Source: Dehalococcoidales bacterium
GTDB lineage: Bacteria > Chloroflexota > Dehalococcoidia > Dehalococcoidales > GCA-2688105
Length of the DNA stretch: 46,014 bases
Direction of reading: 5' to 3'
NCBI GenBank assembly: GCA_002688105.1
Contig: NZBQ01000006.1
Span: 1-46,014 of the forward strand
Made by a program: the position numbers and the translations under genes. The notes beneath the pieces are model-generated. The model saw only the letters and a list, made by a program, of their open reading frames with translations, searched no databases and had not been told where the DNA came from. Below are positions 17,900-26,588 of the stretch, piece by piece. Each line of letters starts with the position of its first letter. Positions within the stretch are counted from its first letter, which is position 1.

Positions 17900-18100
17900 T
17901 TATCCAGCCTTCTTCTTAGGGCTTTTAATCTCGGTGACTTCCCTGCCCGCATAGCTCCCGCAGGTAGGACAGACATGATGAGGCAATTTAGGGCTGTTGC
18001 ATTGAGGACAATTCTCCGTAACGGGAGGGATAACCCCCAAATGACCACGCCTCTTACCCTGACGTGCCTTGGCGTATTTTCGTTTTGGTAAAGCTCCCAT
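17900..18100 (-). CDS. rpmF: 50S ribosomal protein L32
   Basis: 'ALPKRKYAKARQGKRRGH' plus a CxxC...CxxC zinc ribbon ('CPQCNS...CPTCG'). Confidence 0.9.
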   Translation of the reverse strand: MGALPKRKYAKARQGKRRGHLGVIPPVTENCPQCNSPKLPHHVCPTCGSYAGREVTEIKSPKKKAG

Positions 18101-18140
18101 AATCTACTCGTCCCTTTCTCCGGTATTTTACATCACTGGC

Positions 18141-18644
18141 TTAAGTCAATTTATGCAACTCAGACCAGCAAGGGTCTATCTGCTGAGGCAAGCAGTCACA
18201 GGGTCCCTGGTTAAAGTCATGACCGCAAATAGGACATAACCCGGTACAGTCCTCACGGCAAAGCGGTTTCATAGGGATAGCCAGCAACGCATATTGACGT
18301 ATTGCCTCAGTTAAATCAAGAATATGCTGTTCATCAATAATAAAATATCCCGACTCATCAGGCAAGGGTAGCGAGGCGCCACTGACTACATCTGCGGTAG
18401 GAAAATACTCCTCCTCAATATCTAAAGTCAGAGGACAATGAAACAAACTCAAGCAACGGCTGCAGGTAACTTCAACCTCAGTGTGTAGTTTACCCCTAGC
18501 CAGAATGCCCCGGTTAGTATGTATCAGTCTAACCTTACCTTGAACCAGACGGCTACCCTCAGCAATATCAACCATCTCATTCACTTCATAATCCCGTACC
18601 GACCCTATAGGTGCCTTAAGCAGTTGAGATACATTTATCCGCAT
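18141..18644 (-). CDS. DUF177 (YceD-family) protein
   Basis: Conserved position upstream of rpmF and a C-terminal Cys cluster 'CREDCTGLCPICG'. ATG 18644 follows 'GAGGGAA'. Confidence 0.85.
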   Translation of the reverse strand: MRINVSQLLKAPIGSVRDYEVNEMVDIAEGSRLVQGKVRLIHTNRGILARGKLHTEVEVTCSRCLSLFHCPLTLDIEEEYFPTADVVSGASLPLPDESGYFIIDEQHILDLTEAIRQYALLAIPMKPLCREDCTGLCPICGHDFNQGPCDCLPQQIDPCWSELHKLT

Positions 18645-18844
18645 TACATTTCCCTCTACTCTAACTGGGGTCAACTTAATATATAAGCAGAGCCACATAC
18701 CCACTGTCAAGCCAGCAACAAATGCTGACAGTTAAAACAGAGGCAAACTATAATTAAGTTGGTTTTATTATCAATCCTCTGTATATGAATAAACTAGGAC
18801 AAGGGCAATTATAATATCAGCTCGATAGAAGGGAGGTAAATTCG

Positions 18845-19096
18845 GTGGCAGCCAGAGCTTTTATTCTAATTGAAACATAGGTGGGGAAAAACAAGGAGGT
18901 TATGAGTGCTCTCAGCAAGCTGCAAGGGAAACAAGAAGGGGTGGAATCAGTTGATGCTGTAACCGGACCCTACGATATCATTGCTATCATAGAAAGAGAA
19001 GCCCTTAATGATGTCGGTGATCTGGTTACCGGGAAAATCCACCCTATCGCCGGTATTTCTCGAACTGTAACCTTCCTAGCCATATGGGCTGACTAA
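18845..19096 (+). pseudogene. Stand-alone Lrp/AsnC-type RAM-domain protein gene interrupted by an in-frame TAG
   Basis: SD GGGAGG (18831-18836), an 8-nt spacer, then GTG 18845. The frame reads 'VAARAFILIET*VGKNKEVMSALSKLQGKQEGVESVDAVTGPYDIIAIIE...'. The TAG is at 18878-18880. The track ORF (18881) lacks the first beta-strand 'AFILI'. Confidence 0.55.
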
Positions 19097-19114
19097 ACCA
19101 GTTACCTCTAATCT

Positions 19115-19969
19115 TCAACAATCCAGAGCTTTAAGCCTCGTAATTACTTCATTTATGGTCTCCTCGGCCGTAGAAGCTCCAGCAGTTACTCCTATATGAA
19201 ACTTACCTCGAAACCAGGACGGTTGAATTTCCTCGGCAGTTTCCACTGAATATGTCTCAGCCACCGTAGAACATAACTCGGTAAGATGTTTAGTATTGGC
19301 ACTGTTATGACCCCCGATAACAAGCATCAAATCCACCCGATTAGCCAGCCTAAGGGCAGCTTCCTGCCGTTCTCTAATATCATGACATATGGTATCAATA
19401 ATGCGTAACTCAGCATCTTTAACCAAGGTAAAATCAATGAACCTCTTCACAAATTCGGTAAAGCAGGCCGGTATCTGGGTCGTCTGGGATAGAATACCTA
19501 GACGGCGAGGTAAATGGTCAAGTGCCGCTATAAATTTCTCATCAAGCGACGCCACTCCCTTACCACCAGCCCAGTCCAGAACACCCCTAACCTCGGTGTG
19601 ATTAGCCTCACCATATATGATAACAAAGAAGCCTGACTTAGCTAACCTACGAGCTGCGATCTGGGCTCGATGAACAAAGGGACAGGTAGTATTAATTATA
19701 TTAATATACCGAGACCGCAGCTCATCCTCCTGTTGAGGACCCACTCCATGAGTACCAATTGCCACCGTATCCCCCTGTATATCATCCACACCCTGAGCCA
19801 GCCTGACCCCCTTCTCAGCTAATCTTTGTAGTACCTGCCGGTTATGCACTACGGCACCTAATGTTTCCACACTGCCACGCTCACGGGCAACTTTTTCCAG
19901 GACATCAATAGCTCGCTTCACCCCAAAGCAAAATCCTATTCCAGCCGCTTTTTCAATCCTTAATGTCAT
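19115..19969 (-). CDS. ispH: 4-hydroxy-3-methylbut-2-enyl diphosphate reductase
   Basis: 284 aa with 'GFCFGVKRAI', 'VHNRQV', 'TCPFV' and 'GGHNSANTKHL'. Confidence 0.95.
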   Translation of the reverse strand: MTLRIEKAAGIGFCFGVKRAIDVLEKVARERGSVETLGAVVHNRQVLQRLAEKGVRLAQGVDDIQGDTVAIGTHGVGPQQEDELRSRYINIINTTCPFVHRAQIAARRLAKSGFFVIIYGEANHTEVRGVLDWAGGKGVASLDEKFIAALDHLPRRLGILSQTTQIPACFTEFVKRFIDFTLVKDAELRIIDTICHDIRERQEAALRLANRVDLMLVIGGHNSANTKHLTELCSTVAETYSVETAEEIQPSWFRGKFHIGVTAGASTAEETINEVITRLKALDC

Positions 19970-20659
19970 CTAGTTTCCTCGCTCCGCGTAATCTCCATGA
20001 TATTCTGGGGAGAGGAGATCAGCTATACGACTCATTATAGAACGGGTAAGTTCAGCCCGTTTTTCCTTAGTCAACCTACCATCAACGGGTGGCAGAGAGA
20101 AGGGACAACCGATATTAACCGTTATTCGAGGACGATGCAATAACCAGGCTACCCCCTTAATGTTTTCTGTCCCACTGATACCTATGGGAAGAATTAAAGC
20201 GCCGCTACGCGAGGCTATTAGCGCTGAGCCCAGGAGAGCCGACTGAAGTTGAGAGTTCCGACTCCGACTCCCCTCAGGGAACATGACCAAGGCTTTACCT
20301 TCAGCCATAACCTGGAGCGCCTGGCGCAATGCCTCCACATCCATCCGCCCTCGATGCACCGGGAAGGCACCAAGATTACGCATGAAGAACCTGGAGAATT
20401 TGAAACGGAATAGCCCTTCCTTAGCCATAAACGCCACTTTTTGGTCAATAACAGCACCGATTATAATCGGGTCGGTTAGATTAATATGATTAGATACTAT
20501 GAGCAAAGGTCCTCGGGCTGGGACATTTTCCTTGCCCTTAAGCTGACAACGAGTCAGGAGGAGGAGAAGTATCCTGACTCCTATTTGGCAAGAACGATAG
20601 AACCCGGGTAACACTTCACCTCCAAACCAGGAAAATGAGTAATTGTCATTATACCCCAC
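19970..20659 (-). CDS. plsC: 1-acyl-sn-glycerol-3-phosphate acyltransferase
   Basis: HX4D motif 'SNHINLTD' and 'MFPEGSRS'. Its stop TAG abuts the ispH ATG. Confidence 0.85.
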   Translation of the reverse strand: MGYNDNYSFSWFGGEVLPGFYRSCQIGVRILLLLLTRCQLKGKENVPARGPLLIVSNHINLTDPIIIGAVIDQKVAFMAKEGLFRFKFSRFFMRNLGAFPVHRGRMDVEALRQALQVMAEGKALVMFPEGSRSRNSQLQSALLGSALIASRSGALILPIGISGTENIKGVAWLLHRPRITVNIGCPFSLPPVDGRLTKEKRAELTRSIMSRIADLLSPEYHGDYAERGN

Positions 20660-20724
20660 GGCTAAGGCAAAAACAAAGCTTGATTAAACTGAATTTTTGT
20701 CTCATAATACCAACAGGCTAAAGT

Positions 20725-21720
20725 ATGAAAAGTTTAAGCATCGGTAAGATAAGAGGTCTGCAACAGATTGCTAATTCAGGCGGCATATTCACTATATGCG
20801 CTATGGACCACCGTGGGTCGCTCTGCAAGATGATTGATAAAGAGAACCCAGCCAAAGTCAGCTATAAAGAAATAGTTAAACGCAAGCTAGAACTGTGCTC
20901 CAGTCTGGCTGAACACGCCAGTGCTGTGCTCCTCGACCCCACATTTGGGGCAGCCCAATGCATCAGCCACAATGTCTTACCTAAAAGTACCGGACTCCTG
21001 GTCAGTATAGAAGCTTCCGGTGACTATGGAGACAAAGAACGCCGCCTAACCAAGTTAATGGACAACTGGAATGTGGAGAAGATTAAGCGAATGGGCGCCT
21101 CAGCCGTAAAAATCCTGCTCTACTATCGCCCCGATTTGACGGAGATAGCCAGTAAACAACAGAACACAGTTAATATACTGGCCAGTGAATGTAAAAAATA
21201 TGACCTGCCCCTCCTGGTAGAACCGGTGAGCTATCCCATAGGTGATGAAATCGATAATCCCCAGGAGTTGGCTGCCCTAAAAGGACAGTTAGTGATTAAA
21301 ACCGCCCGGGAGATTTCTGCCCTACCCATAGATGTGCTAAAGGCTGAGTTTCCTGCTGACTTACACTATAAACAGGATAAGCCTGAACTCCTAAACCTCT
21401 GCCGTCAGTTAGATACGGCATCCCAGGTTCCGTGGGTTGTCCTCAGCGCCGGTGTTGACTTTGAACTTTTTTACCAGCAAGTAGAGATTGCCTGCCGGGC
21501 AGGAGCCTCAGGCTTTCTGGGCGGTCGTGCTATCTGGCAGGAGGCAATGCACATCGATGATGCCCGACAAAGGATTCACTATCTATCAACGGTAGCCGCC
21601 GATAGGTTAAAAAGATTGGCTGAGATAACTAATAAATACGCTGTGCCCTGGTATAAGAGATTTGGGGTAACGGCCCAGGAGCTGGCGCCTACTTCAGAAA
21701 GGTGGTATCAGGAATATTAA
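20725..21720 (+). CDS. Class I aldolase of the tagatose-1,6-bisphosphate aldolase (LacD/YihT-like) family
   Basis: 331 aa with 'GGIFTICAMDHRGSL' and 'SAVKILLYYRPD', typical of the LacD-like TIM-barrel family. Confidence 0.7.
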   Translation: MKSLSIGKIRGLQQIANSGGIFTICAMDHRGSLCKMIDKENPAKVSYKEIVKRKLELCSSLAEHASAVLLDPTFGAAQCISHNVLPKSTGLLVSIEASGDYGDKERRLTKLMDNWNVEKIKRMGASAVKILLYYRPDLTEIASKQQNTVNILASECKKYDLPLLVEPVSYPIGDEIDNPQELAALKGQLVIKTAREISALPIDVLKAEFPADLHYKQDKPELLNLCRQLDTASQVPWVVLSAGVDFELFYQQVEIACRAGASGFLGGRAIWQEAMHIDDARQRIHYLSTVAADRLKRLAEITNKYAVPWYKRFGVTAQELAPTSERWYQEY

Positions 21721-21738
21721 AGTCGGAGGAAGGGGACT

Positions 21739-22707
21739 ATGATTGCTACCATTACCCTCAATCCCACCCTGGATAGAGCTATTACGGTTCAGGGGCTGAT
21801 ACTGGATGAAGCCAACCGATGGACAAGGTTACGTCTCTATGCCGGAGGCAAGGGCATAGACGTATCACGCGCCATAAATGAAATGGGTGGTAAAACTACT
21901 GCCTACGGATTCATCGGTGGTGACACCGGCCGGACCGCAGAAATACTGCTTGACGAGGAGGGAGTGCCCTTCAGCTTCACCCCTATTAAGCAGGAAACAC
22001 GTACTAATTTTATTATCACTGATGCTAAAGCTCACAAACAAACCCTGATTTACGCCCCAGGCCCACCTGTCTCAAAAAAGGAACTGGATAGATTCGCACA
22101 GAAACTGAGGCGAATTGACCCCAAACCAGAGTTGCTGGTAATCGGCGGCAGTGCGCCACCTGGAATCCCGGTTAATATCTATTACGAAATAATCATGGAA
22201 GCTAAAGGGCTCGGGATAAGAAGTATCCTGGATTCTTCAGGACAATTGTTAAAGGAGGGTATAAAAGCTAAACCGTACCTCATTAAACCTAATGTCCACG
22301 AGGCTGAAGAGCTACTTGATACCGAACTACCTACCGAAGAAGCCATCATCAAGGCAGCCCTTGACCTGGTTGAGATGGGTATCGAGATAGCCGCCATCTC
22401 ACAAGGAAAGGGCGGCATTATCGCTACCACCAAGAAGAGTATTGTTAAGGCAGTCCCACCGCCGGTCAAGGTAGTAAGTGCCGTAGGCGCCGGTGATTGC
22501 ACTGTAGCTGGACTTGCCCTAAAGATAGCCTATGGAGAGCCACTAATTGAATCCTGCCGATTGGCCGTAGCTATGGGTGCCGCCGCCGTGTTAACCCCCG
22601 GCACCGAACTGTGCCATAGAGCCGATGTAGAAAAACTGCTACCTCGAATTGAGGTCTCGGAGATAACAATCAAACAGTGGACTAAAACGCTCTCTACTGC
22701 CCACTGA
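21739..22707 (+). CDS. PfkB-family hexose-phosphate kinase (1-phosphofructokinase / tagatose-6-phosphate kinase-like)
   Basis: 'ITLNPTLDR', 'GGKGIDVSRA' and 'GAGDCTVAG'. Confidence 0.85.
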   Translation: MIATITLNPTLDRAITVQGLILDEANRWTRLRLYAGGKGIDVSRAINEMGGKTTAYGFIGGDTGRTAEILLDEEGVPFSFTPIKQETRTNFIITDAKAHKQTLIYAPGPPVSKKELDRFAQKLRRIDPKPELLVIGGSAPPGIPVNIYYEIIMEAKGLGIRSILDSSGQLLKEGIKAKPYLIKPNVHEAEELLDTELPTEEAIIKAALDLVEMGIEIAAISQGKGGIIATTKKSIVKAVPPPVKVVSAVGAGDCTVAGLALKIAYGEPLIESCRLAVAMGAAAVLTPGTELCHRADVEKLLPRIEVSEITIKQWTKTLSTAH

Positions 22708-23251
22708 GAGCTGATAAGTAGGCGCTAAAGGTTTGAGCATCAAACAGCACGAACACCACCTCTTTTACCGAGGTAATACCCCGCCGAAGAAAAGCGGTAA
22801 CGGCACCGATAGCCACTTCTGAAGCCTTATCCACCGGATAGCCATAGACACCAGTGCTAATTGAGGGGAAAGAAACGCTCTTGATGTTGTTCGCGGTGGC
22901 TAATTTCAGGCTCTCCTGATAGGCGCTGGTCAGCAATTCTGGCTCGCCTTTCTTGCCGCCATGCCAGACAGGACCAACAGTATGAATGACATATTTTGCT
23001 TTCAGATTGCCACCAGTGGTAATAACCGCCTTACCGGCAGGTAAGCGCCCCTGTCTTGATACAACCTGCTTACATTCCTCCAGAATAGCCGGACCTCCTG
23101 CCCGGTGAATGGCTCCATCCACCCCACCACCTCCCATAAGGCTGGAATTAGCCGCATTAACTATAGCCTCGGTATCCTGCCGGGTAATATCTCCCTGAAT
23201 TAGGTACAGTCTGACCTGGTTAACCATAACTTCAGTGGTTTGCTTCTCCAC
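22694..23251 (-). CDS. Macro-domain protein (O-acetyl-ADP-ribose deacetylase-like)
   Basis: 'EAIVNAANSSLMGGGGVDGAIHRAGG' and 'SFPSISTGVYGYP'. The GTG start is preceded by GGGAGGTGAGGG. Confidence 0.85.
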   Translation of the reverse strand: MEKQTTEVMVNQVRLYLIQGDITRQDTEAIVNAANSSLMGGGGVDGAIHRAGGPAILEECKQVVSRQGRLPAGKAVITTGGNLKAKYVIHTVGPVWHGGKKGEPELLTSAYQESLKLATANNIKSVSFPSISTGVYGYPVDKASEVAIGAVTAFLRRGITSVKEVVFVLFDAQTFSAYLSALSGQ

Positions 23252-23421
23252 ATGCCCTCACCTCCCACTTTTTGGCTACTATATTATGCCAACGACCGTC
23301 TCCCCATATAAGTATGGCAAGGAATCCGTCAACAGTATAGCAACACTGACCGACAGTGAACAAGCTCTTAATGGGTGTCCACAAACAAACTTATTGTCCA
23401 GCCAATATATTCAGGTAGGAC

Positions 23422-23449
23422 TTGACAAAAACAGAGAGTATGTTATAAT
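23422..23449 (+). promoter_or_regulatory. Near-consensus sigma-70 promoter of the DtxR-family gene
   Basis: TTGACA (23422-23427), a 16-nt spacer, then TATAAT (23444-23449). Confidence 0.55.
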
Positions 23450-23454
23450 AAGTT

Positions 23455-23470
23455 GTTAGGCTGGTCTAAC
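23455..23470 (+). promoter_or_regulatory. Palindromic DtxR/MntR-type operator candidate (site 1)
   Basis: 'GTTAGGCTGGTCTAAC' has inverted arms GTTAG/CTAAC. The 19-mer 23456-23474 matches the DtxR box TWAGGTWAGSCTWACCTWA at 15 of 19 positions by my count. It sits right after the -10 element. Confidence 0.5.
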
Positions 23471-23497
23471 ATTATACCGATGGCAGTGGAGTGGGCA

Positions 23498-23989
23498 ATG
23501 GAAAAAGAACAAAGTGCCAGTATGGAAGATTATCTTGAAGCCATAGCTTTGCTCAGCGAGAGGAATAATGAGGTGAGAGTAACCGAAATCAGCAGGACGC
23601 TGGGAGTGAAGAAGCCCAGTGTTACTTCTGCCCTGACGAAGCTGGCACAAGGAGGACTTCTCAAGCATGAAAGGTATGGACAGGCCAAGCTTACTACCAA
23701 GGGGCAAAGGATAGCTCAGGATGTATTCCACCGCCATGAGACGTTACGCCACTTCCTGACTGAAATATTGAAGGTTGACCCGAAGGTAGCGACCAATGAT
23801 GCCTGCAAGATGGAGCACACTGTCAGCCCGGCTACTCTGGAGAAGCTGGCGAAGTTCGTAGAATTTGTGTTGAACCGACCACAAGGAGAGCCAGATTGGC
23901 TGAAAAACTTTAGTTATTACTTTGAGAACGATGAATTTCCCAGTGAATGTGTAACCAGGTGCCAGAGAGAAACTAGCCAAAAAGAATAA
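23498..23989 (+). CDS. DtxR/MntR-family metal-dependent transcriptional repressor
   Basis: 'SMEDYLEAIALLSERNNEVRVTEISRTLGVKKPSVTSALTKLAQGGLL' (wHTH) followed by a dimerisation domain. The start (23480 or 23498) lies downstream of the predicted promoter, and the TTG at 23453 is unlikely. Confidence 0.85.
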   Translation: MEKEQSASMEDYLEAIALLSERNNEVRVTEISRTLGVKKPSVTSALTKLAQGGLLKHERYGQAKLTTKGQRIAQDVFHRHETLRHFLTEILKVDPKVATNDACKMEHTVSPATLEKLAKFVEFVLNRPQGEPDWLKNFSYYFENDEFPSECVTRCQRETSQKE

Positions 23990-24007
23990 TAATTTTTGGC
24001 CGGAAGA

Positions 24008-24023
24008 GTTAGACTAGACTAAC
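24008..24023 (+). promoter_or_regulatory. Palindromic DtxR/MntR-type operator candidate (site 2), upstream of feoA
   Basis: 'GTTAGACTAGACTAAC' shares the GTTAGnCTnGnCTAAC frame with site 1. Confidence 0.45.
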
Positions 24024-24050
24024 TAATCGGGAGTTAATGAACCGATAAAG

Positions 24051-24290
24051 ATGAGTACGCAAGTTAAATTACTAAGTGAGTTAAAGCGCGGTGAGAGAGG
24101 CAGAATCTTAAAGATTGGCAGCGGAGGAGGTCTCCACCGACGGCTTCTAGATATGGGATTGGTGTCCGGAAGTGAAATTGAGATGGAGAGGGTAGCCCCA
24201 ATGGGAGACCCCATTGAGATTAAGGTAAAGGGATACAATCTGTCGCTACGCAAGGAAGAAGCAGCCAGCATTCAGGTGGAGGTGACCTAG
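24051..24290 (+). CDS. feoA: FeoA-domain protein
   Basis: 79 aa with an SH3-like FeoA pattern 'LSELKRGERGRILKI...RRLLDMGLVSGSEIEMERVAPMGDPIEIKVKGYNLSLRKEEA'. Confidence 0.85.
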   Translation: MSTQVKLLSELKRGERGRILKIGSGGGLHRRLLDMGLVSGSEIEMERVAPMGDPIEIKVKGYNLSLRKEEAASIQVEVT

Positions 24291-24527
24291 ATGAACAATC
24301 ACTGCCTGCCACTGGCCATGACCGCCCCCGGTGAGTTGGTAACGATAAGCGAAATTAGCGCTGGTCCTGGACTACAAAAAAAACTGGCTGATATGGGGTT
24401 TACTCCCGGCGTCCAGATGAGAGTAATAAACGTTCAGGCGCCCGGACCGGTGCTCATCGACCTGAGAGGGTCGAGGGTAGCGCTGGGTCAAGGTATAGCT
24501 CAGAAAATCGCCGTAAAGAAAGTGTGA
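24291..24527 (+). CDS. feoA: FeoA-domain protein (second copy)
   Basis: 78 aa: 'LAMTAPGELVTISEI...KKLADMGFTPGVQMRVINVQAPGPVLIDLRGSRVALGQGIA'. Confidence 0.85.
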   Translation: MNNHCLPLAMTAPGELVTISEISAGPGLQKKLADMGFTPGVQMRVINVQAPGPVLIDLRGSRVALGQGIAQKIAVKKV

Positions 24528-26548
24528 CCATGTCCCCCAAAAAAATAACTATTGCCCTCGTCGGCAATCCCAATTCGGGTAAGACCACCGTGTTCAACAA
24601 TCTGACCGGAGCCCGCCAGCATGTAGGGAATTGGCCCGGGGTCACTGTGGAGAGGAAGGAGGGAAACTGTAGTTATCAAGACTATAACATCAATGCAGTT
24701 GACTTACCGGGTGTCTATAGTCTTACTGCTTATTCCCCCGATGAGGTTATCGCCCGAAATTTCATCGTCAACGAGAAGCCAGAAGTGGTGGTGGACATTG
24801 TTGATGCTTCCAATCTGGAGCGAAATCTTTACCTTACCGTGCAACTAATCGAGTTAGGAGTCAACCTGGTGGTTGCCTTAAACATGACTGACATAGCCAA
24901 ATCACGGGACTACACGATTAATGTTGACAAGCTCTCCGAACTTCTGGGTGCGCCGGTAGTGCCCATGATAGCTTCTCGTAAGAAAGGCACTGAGGAACTG
25001 CTCAAGCAAATAGTAGCTGAGTTTGAAGGTAAAACTAATACCAGCAAGATTAAACTCTACTACGGAAGTGAACTGGAAGAACACATAAACGAGCTAGAGA
25101 CGATTATTTCTGGTGATGAAAAGCTTTCACACCAGTTTCCCCCCAGGTGGCTGGCAATAAAGCTCCTTGAAGAGGATAAGGAGGTGCTCCAGAAGATAAG
25201 GGGGGGGACTATAAGACACGAAGAGATTCTACAAGCTAAGGACAAGAGTATTGCCCACCTCCGGAGTGTTCTGGGTGATGATGCCGAAACGATAATTGCT
25301 GAGGAAAGATATGGTTTCATCAGTGGACTGCTTAAGGATGTTCTGAAAAAGCCGCCTATTGAGCCGCTTACCCCTTCCGATAAGATTGATAAGGTATTGG
25401 TTCACCGCTGGCTGAGTATTCCTATATTCCTGGCACTAATGTATGGGATGTTTCAGTTCGTCTTTACCCTGTCGGTGCCATTTATGGACTGGATTGACGG
25501 ATTCTTTGGCTGGCTGGGAGGATATGTTTCGGGCGTTTCTCCGGGCTGGCTGGGGTCATTACTGGCTGACGGCATCATCGGTGGCGTAGGCTCGGTGCTC
25601 ATCTTTATCCCGCCAATATTCCTGCTATTCATTGCCACTGCCTTCTTAGAGGACTGCGGCTATATGGCTCGGGCTGCCTTCATTATGGACCGGCTGATGC
25701 ACCGAATCGGTCTTCACGGTCGCTCTTTCATTCCCATGATTCTGGGCTTTGGCTGCAATGTCGCAGCGATTATGGCCTGCCGCACCATAGAGGATCCCAA
25801 GGACAGGTTAACCACCATGCTAATAAACCCCTTCATGTCCTGCGGGGCCAGGCTTCCCATCTATGTTCTCCTGGCGAGTGCTTTCTTCACCGCCCACCGG
25901 GGTCTGGTGGTCTTCTCTATGTATCTCATTGGGATTACCGTTGCCATCATTATGGCACTGATACTCCGCAGAAGCATCCTTAAGGGTCCCAGTGGTCACT
26001 TTGTTATGGAACTGCCGCCTTACCGCCTGCCTACTATAACCGGGGTGCTGGTGCATATGTGGGAACGTGGAAGAACGTTCTTAATCAGGGCCGGAACCCG
26101 CATCTTTGGGGTGGTGGTACTGGTCTGGCTGCTGAGTAGCCTGCCCTGGGGCGTGGAGTATGCCAGCGCTGGGAGTGTGATTGGTCGGATTGGTAGCTTT
26201 ATTGCCCCGGTGCTTGCTCCCGCCGGCTTCGACCAGTGGCAGGCAGCAGTCAGCCTTGCTTTCGGTTTCCTAGCCAAGGAGGTGGTAGTCGGCACTATGG
26301 GCGCTATATTTGCCGTTGAAGAAGGCGTTTTAGGTGGTGCTATTGCTACTCAGCTTGGCTGGACGCCACTCATTGCCTTCGCTTTTATGGTCTTCTGCTT
26401 ACTCTATGTCCCGTGTGTTGCCAGCATCGCGACCATCCGGAGTGAAACCAACTCGTGGCGGTGGGCTGGCTTTGCCGCTCTTTACACCATAGTAGTTGCC
26501 TGGATAGCGGCTACCATCGTCTTCCAAATCGGCGGGTTGTTTATATAG
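24524..26548 (+). CDS. feoB: Ferrous iron transporter FeoB
   Basis: G-domain motifs 'GNPNSGKTT', 'DLPG' and 'NMTD', followed by a polytopic membrane domain. The start is GTG 24524 (GTGA overlap with feoA) or ATG 24530. Confidence 0.95.
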   Translation: MTMSPKKITIALVGNPNSGKTTVFNNLTGARQHVGNWPGVTVERKEGNCSYQDYNINAVDLPGVYSLTAYSPDEVIARNFIVNEKPEVVVDIVDASNLERNLYLTVQLIELGVNLVVALNMTDIAKSRDYTINVDKLSELLGAPVVPMIASRKKGTEELLKQIVAEFEGKTNTSKIKLYYGSELEEHINELETIISGDEKLSHQFPPRWLAIKLLEEDKEVLQKIRGGTIRHEEILQAKDKSIAHLRSVLGDDAETIIAEERYGFISGLLKDVLKKPPIEPLTPSDKIDKVLVHRWLSIPIFLALMYGMFQFVFTLSVPFMDWIDGFFGWLGGYVSGVSPGWLGSLLADGIIGGVGSVLIFIPPIFLLFIATAFLEDCGYMARAAFIMDRLMHRIGLHGRSFIPMILGFGCNVAAIMACRTIEDPKDRLTTMLINPFMSCGARLPIYVLLASAFFTAHRGLVVFSMYLIGITVAIIMALILRRSILKGPSGHFVMELPPYRLPTITGVLVHMWERGRTFLIRAGTRIFGVVVLVWLLSSLPWGVEYASAGSVIGRIGSFIAPVLAPAGFDQWQAAVSLAFGFLAKEVVVGTMGAIFAVEEGVLGGAIATQLGWTPLIAFAFMVFCLLYVPCVASIATIRSETNSWRWAGFAALYTIVVAWIAATIVFQIGGLFI

Positions 26549-26588
26549 CGTAATAAATATGGGACAACCAACTTGCCGGCTTCTGGTA

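Noticed and set aside
17887-18048. N-terminal 54-codon extension of the fabK ORF overlapping rpmF.
   Set aside because: The extension overlaps the conserved L32 gene in another frame and has no FabK-like sequence. TTG 17886 gives the normal FabK length and N-terminus.
24051-24527. feoA-TAG-feoA lie in the same frame, which could be another in-frame-stop or readthrough case.
   Set aside because: Tandem separate FeoA genes are common. The second has its own ATG directly after the stop and each is a complete FeoA domain. A shared frame is a 1-in-3 coincidence.
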